Counted from the stretch's first letter, positions 1-12,390 are shown. The stretch: DNA of 64,000 nucleotides from Eledone cirrhosa (GCA_964016885.1 OZ024744.1:133610001-133674000); one strand, 5' to 3'. Translations and numbers: made by a program. Notes: a model not told the origin generated them from the letters alone.

Positions 1-3000
1 TTGGGGTTGAATTAAGTTGGGGTTAAGTTAAGTTGGTGTTAAGTTAAGTTGGGGTTTATTTAAGTTGGGGTTAATTAAGTTGGGGTTAAGTTAAGTTGGG
101 GTTAAGTTAAGTTGGGGTTAATTTAAGTTGGGGTTTAGTTAAGTTGGGGTTAAGTTAAGTTGGGTTTATATTAAGTTGGGGTTAAGTTAAGTTGGGGTTA
201 AGTTAAGTTGGGGTTCAGTTAAGTTGCGGTTAATTTAAGTTGGGGTTAAGTTAAGTTGGGGTTAAGTTAAGTTGGGGTTAAGTTAAGTTGGGGTTAAGTT
301 AAGTTGGTGTTAAGTTAAGTTGGGGCTAAGTTAAGTTGGGGCTGAGTTAAGTTGGGGCTGAGTTAAGTTGGGGTTAAGTTAAGTTGGGGTTGAGTTAAGT
401 TGGGGTTTAGTTAAGTTGGGGTTAAGTTAAGTTGGGGTTAATTTAAGTTGGGGTTAAGTTAAGTTGCGGGTGATTTAAGTTGAGGTTAAGTTAAGTTGGG
501 GTTAAGTTAAGTTGGGGTTAAGTTAAGTTGGGGTTAAGTTAAGTTGGGGTTAATTTAAGTTGGGGGAAAGTTAAGTTGGGGGTAAGTTAAGTTGGGGGTA
601 AGTTAAGTTGGGGTTAAGTTAAGTTGGGGTTAAGTTAAGTTAGGGTTAAGTTAAGTTGGGGTTGAGTTAAGTTGGGGTTAAGTTAAGTTGGGGTTATTTT
701 AAGTTGGGGTTAAGTTAAGTTGCGGTTAAGTTAAGTTGGGGTTAAGTTAAGTTGGGGTTAAGTTAAATTGGGGTTAAGTTAAGTTGGGGTTAAGTTAAGT
801 TGGGGTTAAGTTAAGTTGGGGTTAAGTTAGATTGTGGTTAAGTTAAGTTGGGGTTAAGTTAAGTTGGGGTTAAGTTAAGTTGGGGTTAAGTTAAGGCGGG
901 GTTAAGTTGAGTTGGGGTTAAGTTAAGTTGGGGTTAAGTTAAGTTGGGGTTAACTTAAGTTGGGGGTACTTAAGTTGGGTTTAAGTTAAGTGGGGTTAAG
1001 TTAAGTTGGGGTTAAGTTAAGTTGGGGTTAAGTTAAGTTGGGGTTAAGTTAGGTTGTGGTTAAATTAAGTTGGGGGTAAGTTAAGTTGGGGGTAAGTTAA
1101 GTTGGGGTTAATTTAAGTTGGGTCTAATTAAGTTGGGGTTAAGTTAAGTTGGGGTTAAGTTAAGTTGGGGTTGAGTTAATTTGGGGTTAACTTAAGTTGG
1201 GGGTACTTAAGTTGGGTTTAAGTTAAGTGGGGTTAAGTTAAGTTGGGGTTAAGTTAAGTTGGGGTTAAATTAAGTTGGGGGTAAGTTAAGTTGGGGGTAA
1301 GTTAAGTTGGGGTTAATTTAAGTTGGGTCAAATTAAGTTGGGGTTAATTTAAGTTGGGGTTAAGTTAAGTTGGGGTTAAATTAAGTTGGGGTTAAGTTAA
1401 GTTGGGGTTAAATTAAGTTGGGGTTAAGTTAAGTTGGGGTTAAGTTAAGTTGGGGTTAAGTTAAGTTGGGGGTAAGGTAAGTTGGTGGTAGTTAAGTTGG
1501 GGGTAAGTTAAGATGGGGTTAAGTTAAGTTGGGGTTAAGTTAATTTGGGGTTAAGTTAGGGTTAAGTTAAGTTGGGTTGAGTTAAGTTGGGGTTAAATTA
1601 AGTTGGGGTTAAGTTAAGTTGGGGTTAGGTTAAGTTGGGGTTAAGTTAAGTTGGGGTTAAGTTAGGTTGTGGTTAAGTTAAGTTGGGGGTAAGTTAAGTT
1701 GGGGGTAAGTTAAGTTGGGGTTAATTTAAGTTGGGTTTAATTAAGTTGGGGTTAAGTTAAGTTGGGGTTAAGTTAAGTTGGGGTTAAATTAAGTTGGGGT
1801 TAAGTTAAGTTGAGGTTAAATTAAGTTGGGGTTAAGTTAAGATGGGGTTAAGTTAAGTTGGGGTTAAGTTAAGTTGGGGTTAAATTAAGTTGGGGTTAAA
1901 TTAAGTTGGGGTTAAGTTAAGTTGGGGGTAAGTTAAGTTGGGGGCAAGTTAAGTTGGGGTTAAGTTAAGTTGGGGTTAAATTAAGTTGGGGTTAAGTTAA
2001 GTTGGGGTTATGTTAAGTTGGGGTTATGTTAAGTTGGGGTTAAGTTAAGTTGGGGTTGAGTTAAGTTGGGGTTGAGTGAAGTTGGGGTTAAGTTAAGTTG
2101 GGGTTAATTTATGTTGGGGTTAAGTTAAGTCGGGGTTAAGTTAAGTTGGGGTTGAGTTAAGTTGGGGTTGAGTTAAGTTGGGGTTGAGTTAATTTAGGTT
2201 TAAGTTAAGTTGGGGTTAAGTTAAGTTGGGTTTAAGTTAAGTTGGGGTTAAATTAAGTTGGGGTTAAGTTAAGTTGGGGGTAAGTTAAGTTGGGGGCAAG
2301 TTAAGTTGGGGTTAAGTTAAGTTGGGGTTGAATTAAGTTAGGGTTAAGTTAAGTTGGTGTTAAGTTAAGTTGGGGTTTATTTAAGTTGGGGTTAATTAAG
2401 TTGGGGTTAAGTTAAGTTGGGGTTAAGTTAAGTTGGGTTTATATTAAGTTGGGGTTAAGTTAAGTTGGGGTTAAGTTAAGTTGGGGTTCAGTTAAGTTGC
2501 GGTTAATTTAAGTTGGGGTTAAGTTAAGTTGGGGTTAAGTTAAGTTGGGGTTAAGTTAAGTTGGGGTTAAGTTAAGTTAGGGTTTAGTTAAGTTGGGGTT
2601 CAGTTAAGTTGGGGTTAAGTTAAGTTTGGGTTAAGTTGGGGTTAAATTAATTTGGGGTTAAGTTAAGTTGGGGTTTAGTTAAGTTGGGGTTAAGTTAAGT
2701 TGGGGTTAATTTAAGTTGGGGTTAAGTTAAGTTGCGGGTGATTTAAGTTGGGGTTAAGTTAAGTTGGGGTTAAGTTAAGTTGGGGTTAAGTTAAGTTGGG
2801 GTTAAGTTAAGTTGGGGGAAAGTTAAGTTGGGGGTAAGTTAAGTTGGGGGTAAGTTAAGTTGGGGTTAAGTTAAGTTGGGGTTAAGTTAAGTTAGGGTTA
2901 AGTTAAGTTGGGGTTGAGTTAAGTTGGTGTTAATTTAAGTTGGGGTTAAGGCGGGGTTAAGTTGAGTTGGGGTTAAGTTAAGTTGGGGTTAAGTTAAGTT

Positions 3001-6000
3001 GGGGTTAAGTTAAGTTGGGGGTACTTAAGTTGGGTTTAAGTTAAGTGGGGTTAAGTTAAGTTGGGGTTAAGTTAAGTTGGGGTTAAGTTAAGTTGGGGTT
3101 AAGTTAGGTTGTGGTTAAGTTAAGTTGGGGGTAAGTTAAGTTGGGGGTAAGTTAAGTTGGGGTTAATTTAAGTTGGGTCTAATTAAGTTGGGGTTAAGTT
3201 AAGTTGGGGTTAAGTTAAGTTGGGGTTGAGTTAATTTGGGGTTAACTTAAGTTGGGGGTACTTAAGTTGGGTTTAAGTTAAGTGGGGTTAAGTTAAGTTG
3301 GGGTTAAGTTAAGTTGGGGTTAAGTTAAGTTGGGGGTAAGTTAAGTTGGGGGTAAGTTAAGTTGGGGTTAATTTAAGTTGGGTCAAATTAAGTTGGGGTT
3401 AATTTAAGTTGGGGTTAAGTTAAGTTGGGGTTAAATTAAGTTGGGGTTAAGTTAAGTTGGGGTTAAATTAAGTTGGGGTTAAGTTAAGTTGAGGTTAAGT
3501 TAAGTTGGGGTTAAGTTAAGTTGGGGGTAAGTTAAGTTGGTGGTAAGTTAAGTTGGGGGTAAGTTAAGATGGGGTTAAGTTAAGTTGGGGTTAAGTTAAT
3601 TTGGGGTTAAGTTAGGGTTAAGTTAAGTTGGGTTGAGTTAAGTTGGGGTTAAATTAAGTTGGGGTTAAGTTAAGTTGGGGTTAAGTTAAGTTGGGGTTAA
3701 GTTAAGATGGGGTTAAGTTAAGTTGGGGTTAAGTTGGGGTTAAGTTAAGTTAGGGTTAAGTTAAGTTGGGGTTAAGTTGAGTTGGGGTTAAGTTAAGTTG
3801 CGGTTAATTTAAGTTGGGGTTAAGTTAAGTTGGGGTTAAGTTAAGTTGGGGTTAATTTAAGTTGGGGTTAAGTTAAGTTGGGGTTAAGTTAAGTTGGGGT
3901 TAAGTTAAGTTGGGGGTAAGTTAAGTTGGTGGTAAGTTAAGTTGGGGGTAAGTTAAGATGGGGTTAAGTTAAGTTGGGGTTAAGTTAATTTGGGGTTAAG
4001 TTAGGGTTAAGTTAAGTTGGGTTGAGTTAAGTTGGGGTTAAATTAAGTTGGGGTTAAGTTAAGTTGGGGTTAAGTTAAGTTGGGGTTAAGTTAAGTTGGG
4101 GTTAAGTTAGGTTGTGGTTAAGTTAAGTTGGGGGTAAGTTAAGTTGGGGGTAAGTTAAGTTGGGGTTAATTTAAGTTGGGTCTAATTAAGTTGGGGTTAA
4201 GTTAAGTTGGGGTTAAGTTAAGTTGGGGTTAAATTAAGTTGGGGTTAAGTTAAGTTGAGGTTAAATTAAGTTGGGGTTAAGTTAAGTTGGGGTTAAGTTA
4301 AGTTGGGGTTAAGTTAAGATGGGGTTAAATTAAGTTGGGGTTAAGTTAAGTTGGGGGTAAGTTAAGTTGGGGGCAAGTTAAGTTGGGGTTGAGTTAAGTT
4401 GGGGTTAAATTAAGTTGGGGTTAAGTGAAGTTGGGGTTAAGTTAAGTGTTGGTTATGTTAAGTTGGGGTTAAGTTAAGTTGGGGTTGAGTTAAGTTGGGG
4501 TTGAGTGAAGTTGGGGTTAAGTTAAGTTGGGGTTAATTTATGTTGGGGTTAAGTTAAGTCGGGGTTAAGTTAAGTTGGGGTTGAGTTAAGTTGGGGTTAA
4601 TTTAAGTTGGGGCTAAGTTAATTTGTGGTTAAGTTAAGTTGGGGTTAAGTTAAGTTGGGGTTAAGTTAAGTTGGGGTTGAGTTAAGTTGGGGTTGAGTTA
4701 ATTTAGGGTTAAGTTAAGTTGGGGTTAAGTTAAGTTGGGTTTAAGTTAAGTTGGGGTTAAATTAAGTTGGGGGTAAGTTAAGTTGGTGGTAAGTTAAGTT
4801 GGGGGTAAGTTAAGATGGGGTTAAGTTAAGTTGGGGTTAAGTTAATTTGGGGTTAAGTTAGGGTTAAGTTAAGTTGGGTTGAGTTAAGTTGGGGTTAAAT
4901 TAAGTTGGGGTTAAGTTAAGTTGGGGTTAAGTTAAGTTGGGGTTAAGTTAAGTTGGGGTTAATTTAAATTGGGGTTTAGTTAAGTTGGGGTTAAGTTAAG
5001 TTGGGTTTATATTAAGTTGGGGTTAAGTTAAGTTGGGGTTAAGTTAAGTTGGGGTTCAGTTAAGTTGCGGTTAATTTAAGTTGGGGTTAATTTAAGTTGG
5101 GGTTAAGTTAAGTTGGGGTTAAGTTAAGTTGGTGTTAAGTTAAGTTGGGGCTAAGTTAAGTTGGGGCTGAGTTAAGTTGGGGCTGAGTTAAGTTGGGGTT
5201 AAGTTAAGTTGGGGTTGAGTTAAGTTGGGGTTAAGTTAAGTTGGGGTTAAGTTAAGTTGGGGTTAAGTTAAGTTGGGGTTAAGTTAAGTTGGGGTCTAGT
5301 TAAGTTGGGGTTCAGTTAAGTTGGGGTTAAGTTAAGTTTGGGTTAAGTTGGGGTTAAATTAATTTGGGGTTAAGTTAAGTTGGGGTTTAGTTAAGTTAGG
5401 GTTAAGTTAAGTTGGGGTTAATTTAAGTTGGGGTTAAGTTAAGTTGTGGGTGATTTAAGTTGGGGTTAAGTTAAGTTGGGGTTAAGTTAAGTTGGGGTTA
5501 AGTTAAGTTGGGGTTAAGTTAAGTTGGGGGAAAGTTAAGTTGGGGGTAAGTTAAGTTGGGGGTAAGTTAAGTTGGGGTTAAGTTAAGTTGGGGTTAAGTT
5601 AAGTTAGGGTTAAGTTAAGTTGGGGTTGAGTTAAGTTGGGGTTAAGTTAAGTTGGGGTTAAGTTAAGTTGGGGTTAAGTTAGGTTGTGGTTAAGTTAAGT
5701 TGGGGGTAAGTTAAGTTGGGGGTAAGTTAAGTTGGGGTTAATTTAAGTTGGGTCTAATTAAGTTGGGTTTAAGTTAAGTGGGGTTAAGTTAAGTTGGGGT
5801 TAAGTTAAGTTGGGGTTAAGTTAAGTTGGTGGTAAGTTAAGTTGGGGTTAAATTAAGTTGGGGTTAAGTTAAGTTGGGGTTAAGTTAAGTGGAGGTTAAC
5901 TTAAGTTGGGGTTAAGTTAAGTTGGGGTTAAGTTAAGTGGAGGTTAACTTAAGTTGGGGGTAAGTTAAGTTGGTGGTAAGTTAAGTTGGGGGTAAGTTAA

Positions 6001-7050
6001 GATGGGGTTAAGTTAAGTTGGGGTTAAGTTAATTTGGGGTTAAGTTAGGGTTAAGTTAAGTTGGGTTGAGTTAAGTTGGGGTTAAATTAAGTTGGGGTTA
6101 AGTTAAGTTGGTGTTAAGTTAAGTTGGGGTTAAGTTAAGTTGGGGTTAAGTTAAGTTGGGGTTAAGTTAGGTTGTGGTTAAGTTAAGTTGGGGGTAAGTT
6201 AAGTTGGCGGTAAGTTAAGTTGGGGTTTATTTAAGTTGGGTCTAATTAAGTTGGGGTTAAGTTAAGTTGGCGGTAAGTTAAGTTGGGGTTTATTTAAGTT
6301 GGGTCTAATTAAGTTGCGGTTAAGTTAAGTTGGGGTTAAGTTAAGTTGGGGTTAAGTTAAATTGGGGTTAAGTTAAGTTGGGGTTAAGTTAAGTTGGGGT
6401 TAAGTTAAGTTGGGGTTAAGTTAGATTGTGGTTAAGTTAAGTTGGGGTTAAGTTAAGTTGGGGTTAAGTTAAGGCGGGGTTAAGTTGAGTTGGGGTTAAG
6501 TTAAGTTGGGGTTAAGTTAAGTTGGGGGTACTTAAGTTGGGTTTAAGTTAAGTGAGGTTAAGTTAAGTTGGGGTTAAGTTAAGTTGGGGTTAAGTTAAGT
6601 TGGGGTTAAGTTAGGTTGTGGTTAAGTTAAGTTGGGGGTAAGTTAAGTTGGGGGTAAGTTAAGTTGGGGTTAATTTAAGTTGGGTCTAATTAAGTTGGGG
6701 TTAAGTTAAGTTGGGGTTAAGTTAAGTTGGGGTTGAGTTAATTTGGGGTTAACTTAAGTTGGGGGTACTTAAGTTGGGTTTAAGTTAAGTGGGGTTAAGT
6801 TAAGTTGGGGTTAAGTTAAGTTGGGGTTAAGTTAAGTTGGTGGTAAGTTAAGTTGGGGGTAAGTTAAGTTGGGGTTAATTTAAGTTGGGTCAAATTAAGT
6901 TGGGGTTAATTTAAGTTGGGGTTAAGTTAAGTTGGGGTTAAATTAAGTTGGGGTTAAGTTAAGTTGGGGTTAAATTAAGTTGGGGTTAAGTTAAGTTGGG
7001 GTTAAGTTAAGTGGAGGTTAACTTAAGTTGGGGTTAAGTTAAGTTGGGGT
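1..7050 (+). repeat. Satellite sub-domain A: distinct variant subfamily with degenerate ~2.3-kb higher-order repetition
   Basis: Markers GGGGGTACTTAAG (966, 1203, 3021, 3258, 6528, 6765), AAGGCGGGG, GGGTCTAATT, GGGTCAAATT, GGGGGAAAG and TTGGTGGTAAG were seen only here. The variant string at position 1 recurs at 2322. Confidence 0.8.
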
Positions 7051-8765
7051 TAAGTTAAGTTGGGGTTAAGTTAAGTTGGTGTTAAGTTAAGTTGTGGCTA
7101 AGTTAAGTTGGGGTTTAGTTAAGTTGGGGATAAGTTAAGTTGGGGCTAAGTTAAGTTGGGGTTAAGTTGGGGTTAAGTTAAGTTAGGTTTAAGTTAAGTT
7201 GGGGTTAAGTTAAGTTGGGGTTAAGTTAAGTTGGGGTTAAGTTAAGTTGGGGTTAAGTTAAGTTGGGGTTAAGTTAATTTGTGGTTGAGTTAAGTTGGGG
7301 TTTAGTTAAGTTGGGGATAAGTTAAGTTGGGGCTACATTAAGTTGGGGTTAAGTTAAGTTGGGGTTAAGTTAAGTTGGTGTTAAGTTAAGTTGGGGCTAA
7401 GTTAAGTTGGGGCTGAATTAAGTTGGGGCTGAGTTAAGTTGGGGTTAAGTTAAGTCGGGGTTGAGTTAAGTTGGGGTTAAGTTAAGTTGGGGTCAAGTTA
7501 AGTTGGGGTTAAGTTGGGGTTAAGTTAAGTTAGGTTTAAGTTAAGTTGGGGTTAAGTTAAGTTGGGGTTAAGTTAAGTTGGGGTTAAGTTAAATTGGGGT
7601 TAAGTTAAGTTGGGGTTAAGTTAATTTGTGGTTAAGTTAAGTTGGGGTTAAGTTAAGTTGGGGTTAAGTTAAGTTGGGGTTAAGTTAAGTCGGGGTTAAG
7701 TTAAGTTGGGGTTAAGTTAAGTTGGGGTTAATTTAAGTTGGGGTTAAGTTAAGTTGGGGCTAAGTTAAGTAGGGGTTAAGTTAAGTTGGGGTTAAGTTAA
7801 GTTGGGGTTAAGTTAAGTTGAGGTTAAGTTAAGTTGGGGTTAAATTAAGTTGGGGTTAAGTTAAGTTGGGGTTAAGTTAAGTTGGGGTTAAGTTAAGTTG
7901 GGGATAAGTTAAGTTGGGGATAATTTAAGTTGGGGTTAAGTTAAGTTGGCTTTAAGTTAAGTTGGGGTTAAGTTAAGTTGGGGATAAGTTAAGTTGGGGT
8001 TGAGTTAAGTTGGGGTTAAGTTAAGTTGGGGTTAAGTTAAGTTGGGGCTAAGTTAAGTTGGGGCTGATTTAAGTTGGGGTTAAGTTAAGTTGGGGTTAAG
8101 TTAAGTTGGGGTTAATTTAAGTTGGGGTTTATTTAAGTTGGGGTTACGTTAAGTTGGTGTTAAGTTAAGTTGGGGTTAATTTAAGTTGGGGTTAATTAAG
8201 TTGGGGTTAAGTTAAGTTGGGGTTAAGTTAAGTTGGGGCTAAGTTAAGTTGGGGCTGAGTTAAGTTGGGGTTAAGTTAAGTTGGGCTTAATTTAAGTCGG
8301 GGTTAAGTTAAGTTAGGGTTCAGTTAAGTTGGGGTTAAATTAAGTTGGGGTTGAGTTAAGTTGGTGTTGAGTTAAGTTGGGGTTAAGTTAAGTTGGGGTT
8401 AAGTTAAGTTGCAGTTAAGTTAAGTTGAGGTTAAGTTAAGGTGCGGTTAAGTTAAGTTGGGGTTAAGTTAAGTTGGGGTTAAGTTAAGTTGGGGTTAAGT
8501 TAAGTCGGGGTTAAGTTAAGTTGGGGTTAATTTAAGTTGGGGCTAATTTAAGTTGGGGTTAAGTTAAGTTGGGGTTAAGTTAAGTTGGGGTTAAGTTAAG
8601 TTGTGGTTAAGTTAAGTTGGGGTTAAGTTAAGTTGGTTAGTTAAGTTGAGTTTAAGTTAAGTTGGGGTTAATTTAAGTTGGGGTTAAGTTATGTTGGGGT
8701 TAAGTTAAGTTGGGGTTAAGTTAAGTTGGGGTTAAGTTAAGTTGGGGTTAAGTTAAGTTGGGGAT

Positions 8766-8938
8766 AACCCCAACTTAACTTAACCCCAACTTCACTCAAC
8801 CCCAGCGTAACTCAACCCCAAATTAACTTAACCCCAACTTCACTCAACCCCAACTTAACTTAACCCCAACTTCACTCAACCCCAACTTCCAACTTGACTT
8901 AACCCCAACTTAACTTAGCCCCAACTTAACTTAAGCCC
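8766..8938 (-). repeat. Inverted satellite block, copy 1 (173 bp; most divergent copy)
   Basis: The sequence switches to AACTTAACTTAACCCC units. Left junction is GGGGAT|AACCCC and right junction is TTAAGCCC|TAAGTCGGGG. Private variants are CAGCGTAA, AAATTAAC and AACCCCAACTTCC. Confidence 0.97.
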
Positions 8939-11900
8939 TAAGTCGGGGTTAAGTTAAGTTGGCGTTAAGTTAAGTTAGGCTTAACTTAAGTTGGGGTTCA
9001 GTTAAGTTGGGGGTAAGTTAAGTTGGGGGTAAGTTAAGTTGGGGTTAAGTTAAGTTGCGGTTAAGTTGGGGTTAAGTTAAGTTAGGGTTAAGTAAAGTTG
9101 GGGTTGAGTTAAGTTGGGGTTAATTAAGTGGTGGTTATGTTAAGTTGGGGTTAAGTTAAGTTGGGGTTAATTTAAATTGGGGTTAAGTTAACTTTGTGGT
9201 TAAGTTAAGTTGGGGTTAAGTTAAGTTGGGGTTAAGTTGGGGTTGAGTTAAGTTGGGGTTGAGTGAAGTTGGGGTTAAGTTAAGTTGGGGTTAAGTTAAG
9301 TTGGGGTTAAGTTAAGTCGGGGTTAAGTTAAGTTGTGGTTGAGTTAAGTTGGGGTTAATTTAAGTTGGGGCTAAGTTAATTTGTGGTTAAGTTAAGTTGG
9401 GGTTAAGTTAAGTTGGGGTTAAGTTAAGTTGGGGTTGAGTTAAGTTGGGGTTGAGTTAATTTGGGGTTAAGTTAAGTTGGGGTTAAGTTAAGTTGGGTTT
9501 AAGTTAAGTTGGGGTTAAATTAAGTTGGGGTTAAATTAAGTTGGGGGTAAGTTAAGTTGGGGGTAAGTTAAGTTGGGGGCAAGTTAAGTTGGGGTTAATT
9601 TAAGTTGGGGTTAAATTAAGTTGGGGTTACGTTAAGTTGGTGTTAAGTTAAGTTGGGGTTAATTTAAGTTGGGGTTAATTAAGTTGGGGTTAAGTTAAGT
9701 TGGGGTTAAGTTAAGTTGGGGTTAATTTAAGTTGGGGTTGAGTTAAGTTGGGGTTAAGTTAAGTTGGGGTTTATATTAAGTTGGGACTAAGTTAAGTTGG
9801 GGTTCAGTTAAGTTGGGGATAAGTTAAGTTGGGGTTAAGTTAAGTTGGGGTTAAGTTAAGGTGGGGTTAAGTTAAGTTGGTGTTAAGTTAAGTTGGGGCT
9901 AAGTTAAGTTGGGGCTGAGTTAAGTTGGGGCTGAGTTAAGTTGGGGTTAAGTTAAGTTGGGGTTGAGTTAAGTTGGGGTTAAGTTAAGTTGGGGTCAAGT
10001 TAAGTTGGGGTTAAGTTGGGGTTAAGTTAAGTTGGGGTTAAGTTAAGTTGGGGTTAAGTTAATTTGTGGTTAAGTTAAGTTGGGGTTAAGTTAAGTTGGG
10101 GTTAAGTTAAGTTGGGGTTAAGTTAAGTCGGGGTTAAGTTAAGTTGGGGTTAAGTTAAGTTGGGGTTAATTTAAGTTGGGGTTAAGTTAAGTTGGGGTTA
10201 AGTTAAGTTGGGGTTAAGTTAAGATGGGGTTAAGTTAAGTTGGGGTTAAGTTAAGTTGAGGTTAAGTTAAGTTTGGGTTAAATTAAGTTGGGGTTAAGTT
10301 AAGTTGGGGTTAAGTTAAGTTGGGGTTAAGTTAAGTTGGGGATAAGTTAAGTTGGGGATAATTTAAGTTGGGGTTAAGTTAAGTTGGGTTTAAGTTAAGT
10401 TGGGGTTAAGTTAAGTTGGGGTTAAGTTAAGTTGGGGTTAAGTTAAGTTGGGGTTACGTTAAGTTGGGGTTAAGTTAAGTTGGGGCTAAGTTAAGTTGGG
10501 GCTGAGTTAAGTTGGGGTTAAGTTAAGTTGGGGTTAAGTTAAGTTGGGGTTAAGTTAAGTTGGGGTTTATTTAAGTTGGGGTTAAGTTAAGTTGGTGTTC
10601 AGTTAAGTTGGGGTTAAGTTAAGTTGGGGTTAAGATGGGGTTAAATTAAGTTGGGGTTAAGTTAAGTTGGGGTTAAGTTAAGTTGGGGATAAGTTAAGTT
10701 GGGGTTAAGTTAAGTTGGGGTTAAGTTAAGTTGGGGTTAAGTTAAGTTGGTGTTAAGTTAAGTTGGGGCTAAGTTAAGTTGGGGCTGAGTTAAGTTGGGG
10801 CTGAGTGAAGTTGGGGTTAAGTTAAGTTGGGGTTGAGTTAAGTTGGGGTTAAGTTAAGTTGGGGTCAAGTTAAGTTGGGGTTAAGTTGGGGTTAAGTTAA
10901 GTTAGGTTTAAGTTAAGTTGGGGTTAAGTTAAGTTGGGGTTAAGTTAAGTTCGGGTTAAGTTAAGTTGGGGTTAAGTTAAGTTGGGGTTAAGTTAATTTG
11001 TGGTTAAGTTAAGTTGGGGTTAAGTTAAGTTGGGGTTAAGTTAAGTCGGGGTTAAGTTAAGTTGGGGTTAAGTTAAGTTGGGGTTAATTTAAGTTGGGGT
11101 TAAGTTAAGTTGGGGCTAATTTAAGTTGGGGTTAAGTTAAGTTGGGGTTAAGGTAAGTTGGGGTTAAGTTAAGTTGAGGTTAAGTTAAGTTGGGGTTAAA
11201 TTAAGTTGGGGTTAAGTTAAGTTGGGGTTAAGTTAAGTTGGGGTTAAGTTAAGTTGGGGATAAGTTAAGTTGGGGATAATTTAAGTTGGGGTTAAGTTAA
11301 GTTGGGTTTAAGTTAAGTTGGGGTTAAGTTAAGTTGGGGATAAGTTAAGTTGGGGTTAAGTTAAGTTGGGGTTAAGTTAAGTTGGGGTTAAGTTAAGTTG
11401 GGGCTAAGTTAAGTTGGGGCTGAGTTAAGTTGGGGTTAAGTTAAGTTGGGGTTAAGTTAAGTTGGGGTTAATTTAAGTTGGGGTTTATTTAAGATGGGGT
11501 TACGTTAAGTTGGTGTTAAGTTAAGTTGGGGTTAATTTAAGTTGGGGTTAATTAAGTTGGGGTTAAGTTAAGTTGGGGTTAAGTTAAGTTGGGGCTAAGT
11601 TAAGTTGGGGCTGAGTTAAGTTGGGGTTAAGTTAAGTTGGGCTTAATTTAAGTCGGGGTTAAGTTAAGTTAGGGTTCAGTTAAGTTGGGGTTAAGTTAAG
11701 TTCGGGTTGAGTTAAGTTGGGGTTGAGTTAAATTGGGGTTGAGTTAAGTTGGGGTTGAGTTAAGTTGGTGTTGAGTTAAGTTGGGGTTAAGTTAAGTTGG
11801 GGTTAAGTTGAGTTGCAGTTAAGTTAAGTTGAGGTTAAGTTAAGGTGCGGTTATGTTAAGTTGGGGTTAAGTTAAGTTGGGGCTAAGTTAAGTTGGGGCT

Positions 11901-12217
11901 AAGTTAAGTTGGGGCTAAGTTAAGTTGGGGTTAAGTTAAGTTGGGGTTAAGTTAAGTCGGGGTTAAGTTAAGTTGGGGTTAAGTTAAGTTGGGGTTAATT
12001 TAAGTTGGGGTTAAGTTAAGTTGGGGTTAAGTTAAGTTGGGGTTAAGTTAAGTTGGGGTTAAGTTAAGTTGGGGTTAAGTTAAGTTGGTTAGTTAAGTTG
12101 AGTTTAAGTTAAGTTGGGGTTAATTTAAGTTGGGGTTAATTTATGTTGGGGTTAAGTTAAGTTGGGGTTAAGTTAAGTTGGGGTTAAGTTAAGTTGGGGT
12201 TAAGTTAAGTTGGGGTT

Positions 12218-12390
12218 AACCCCAACTTAACTTAACCCCAACTTCACTCAACCCCAACGTAACTCAACCCCAACTTAACTTAACCCCAACTTCACTCAAC
12301 CCCAACTTAACTTAACCCCAACTTCACTCAACCACAACTTCCAACTTGACTTAACCCCAACTTAACTTAGCCCCAACTTAACTTAAGCCC
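12218..12390 (-). repeat. Inverted satellite block, copy 2 (173 bp)
   Basis: Junctions GGGGTT|AACCCC and TTAAGCCC|TAAGTCGGGG, with the internal signature AACCACAACTTCCAACTTGAC. Confidence 0.97.

Noticed and set aside
8766-8938. The 173-bp islands as a MITE or piggyBac-type insertion at TTAA
   Set aside because: The islands consist solely of reverse-complement satellite, have no distinct terminal inverted repeats or target-site duplication, and always sit in the same flanking variant context. This indicates co-duplication rather than transposition.
12218-12390. Inversions as sequencing fold-back chimeras or telomere-telomere fusions
   Set aside because: The islands are short and revert to the original orientation. 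They have the same breakpoints in seven places, carry variants not mirrored in the adjacent arm, and show nested shared mutations.
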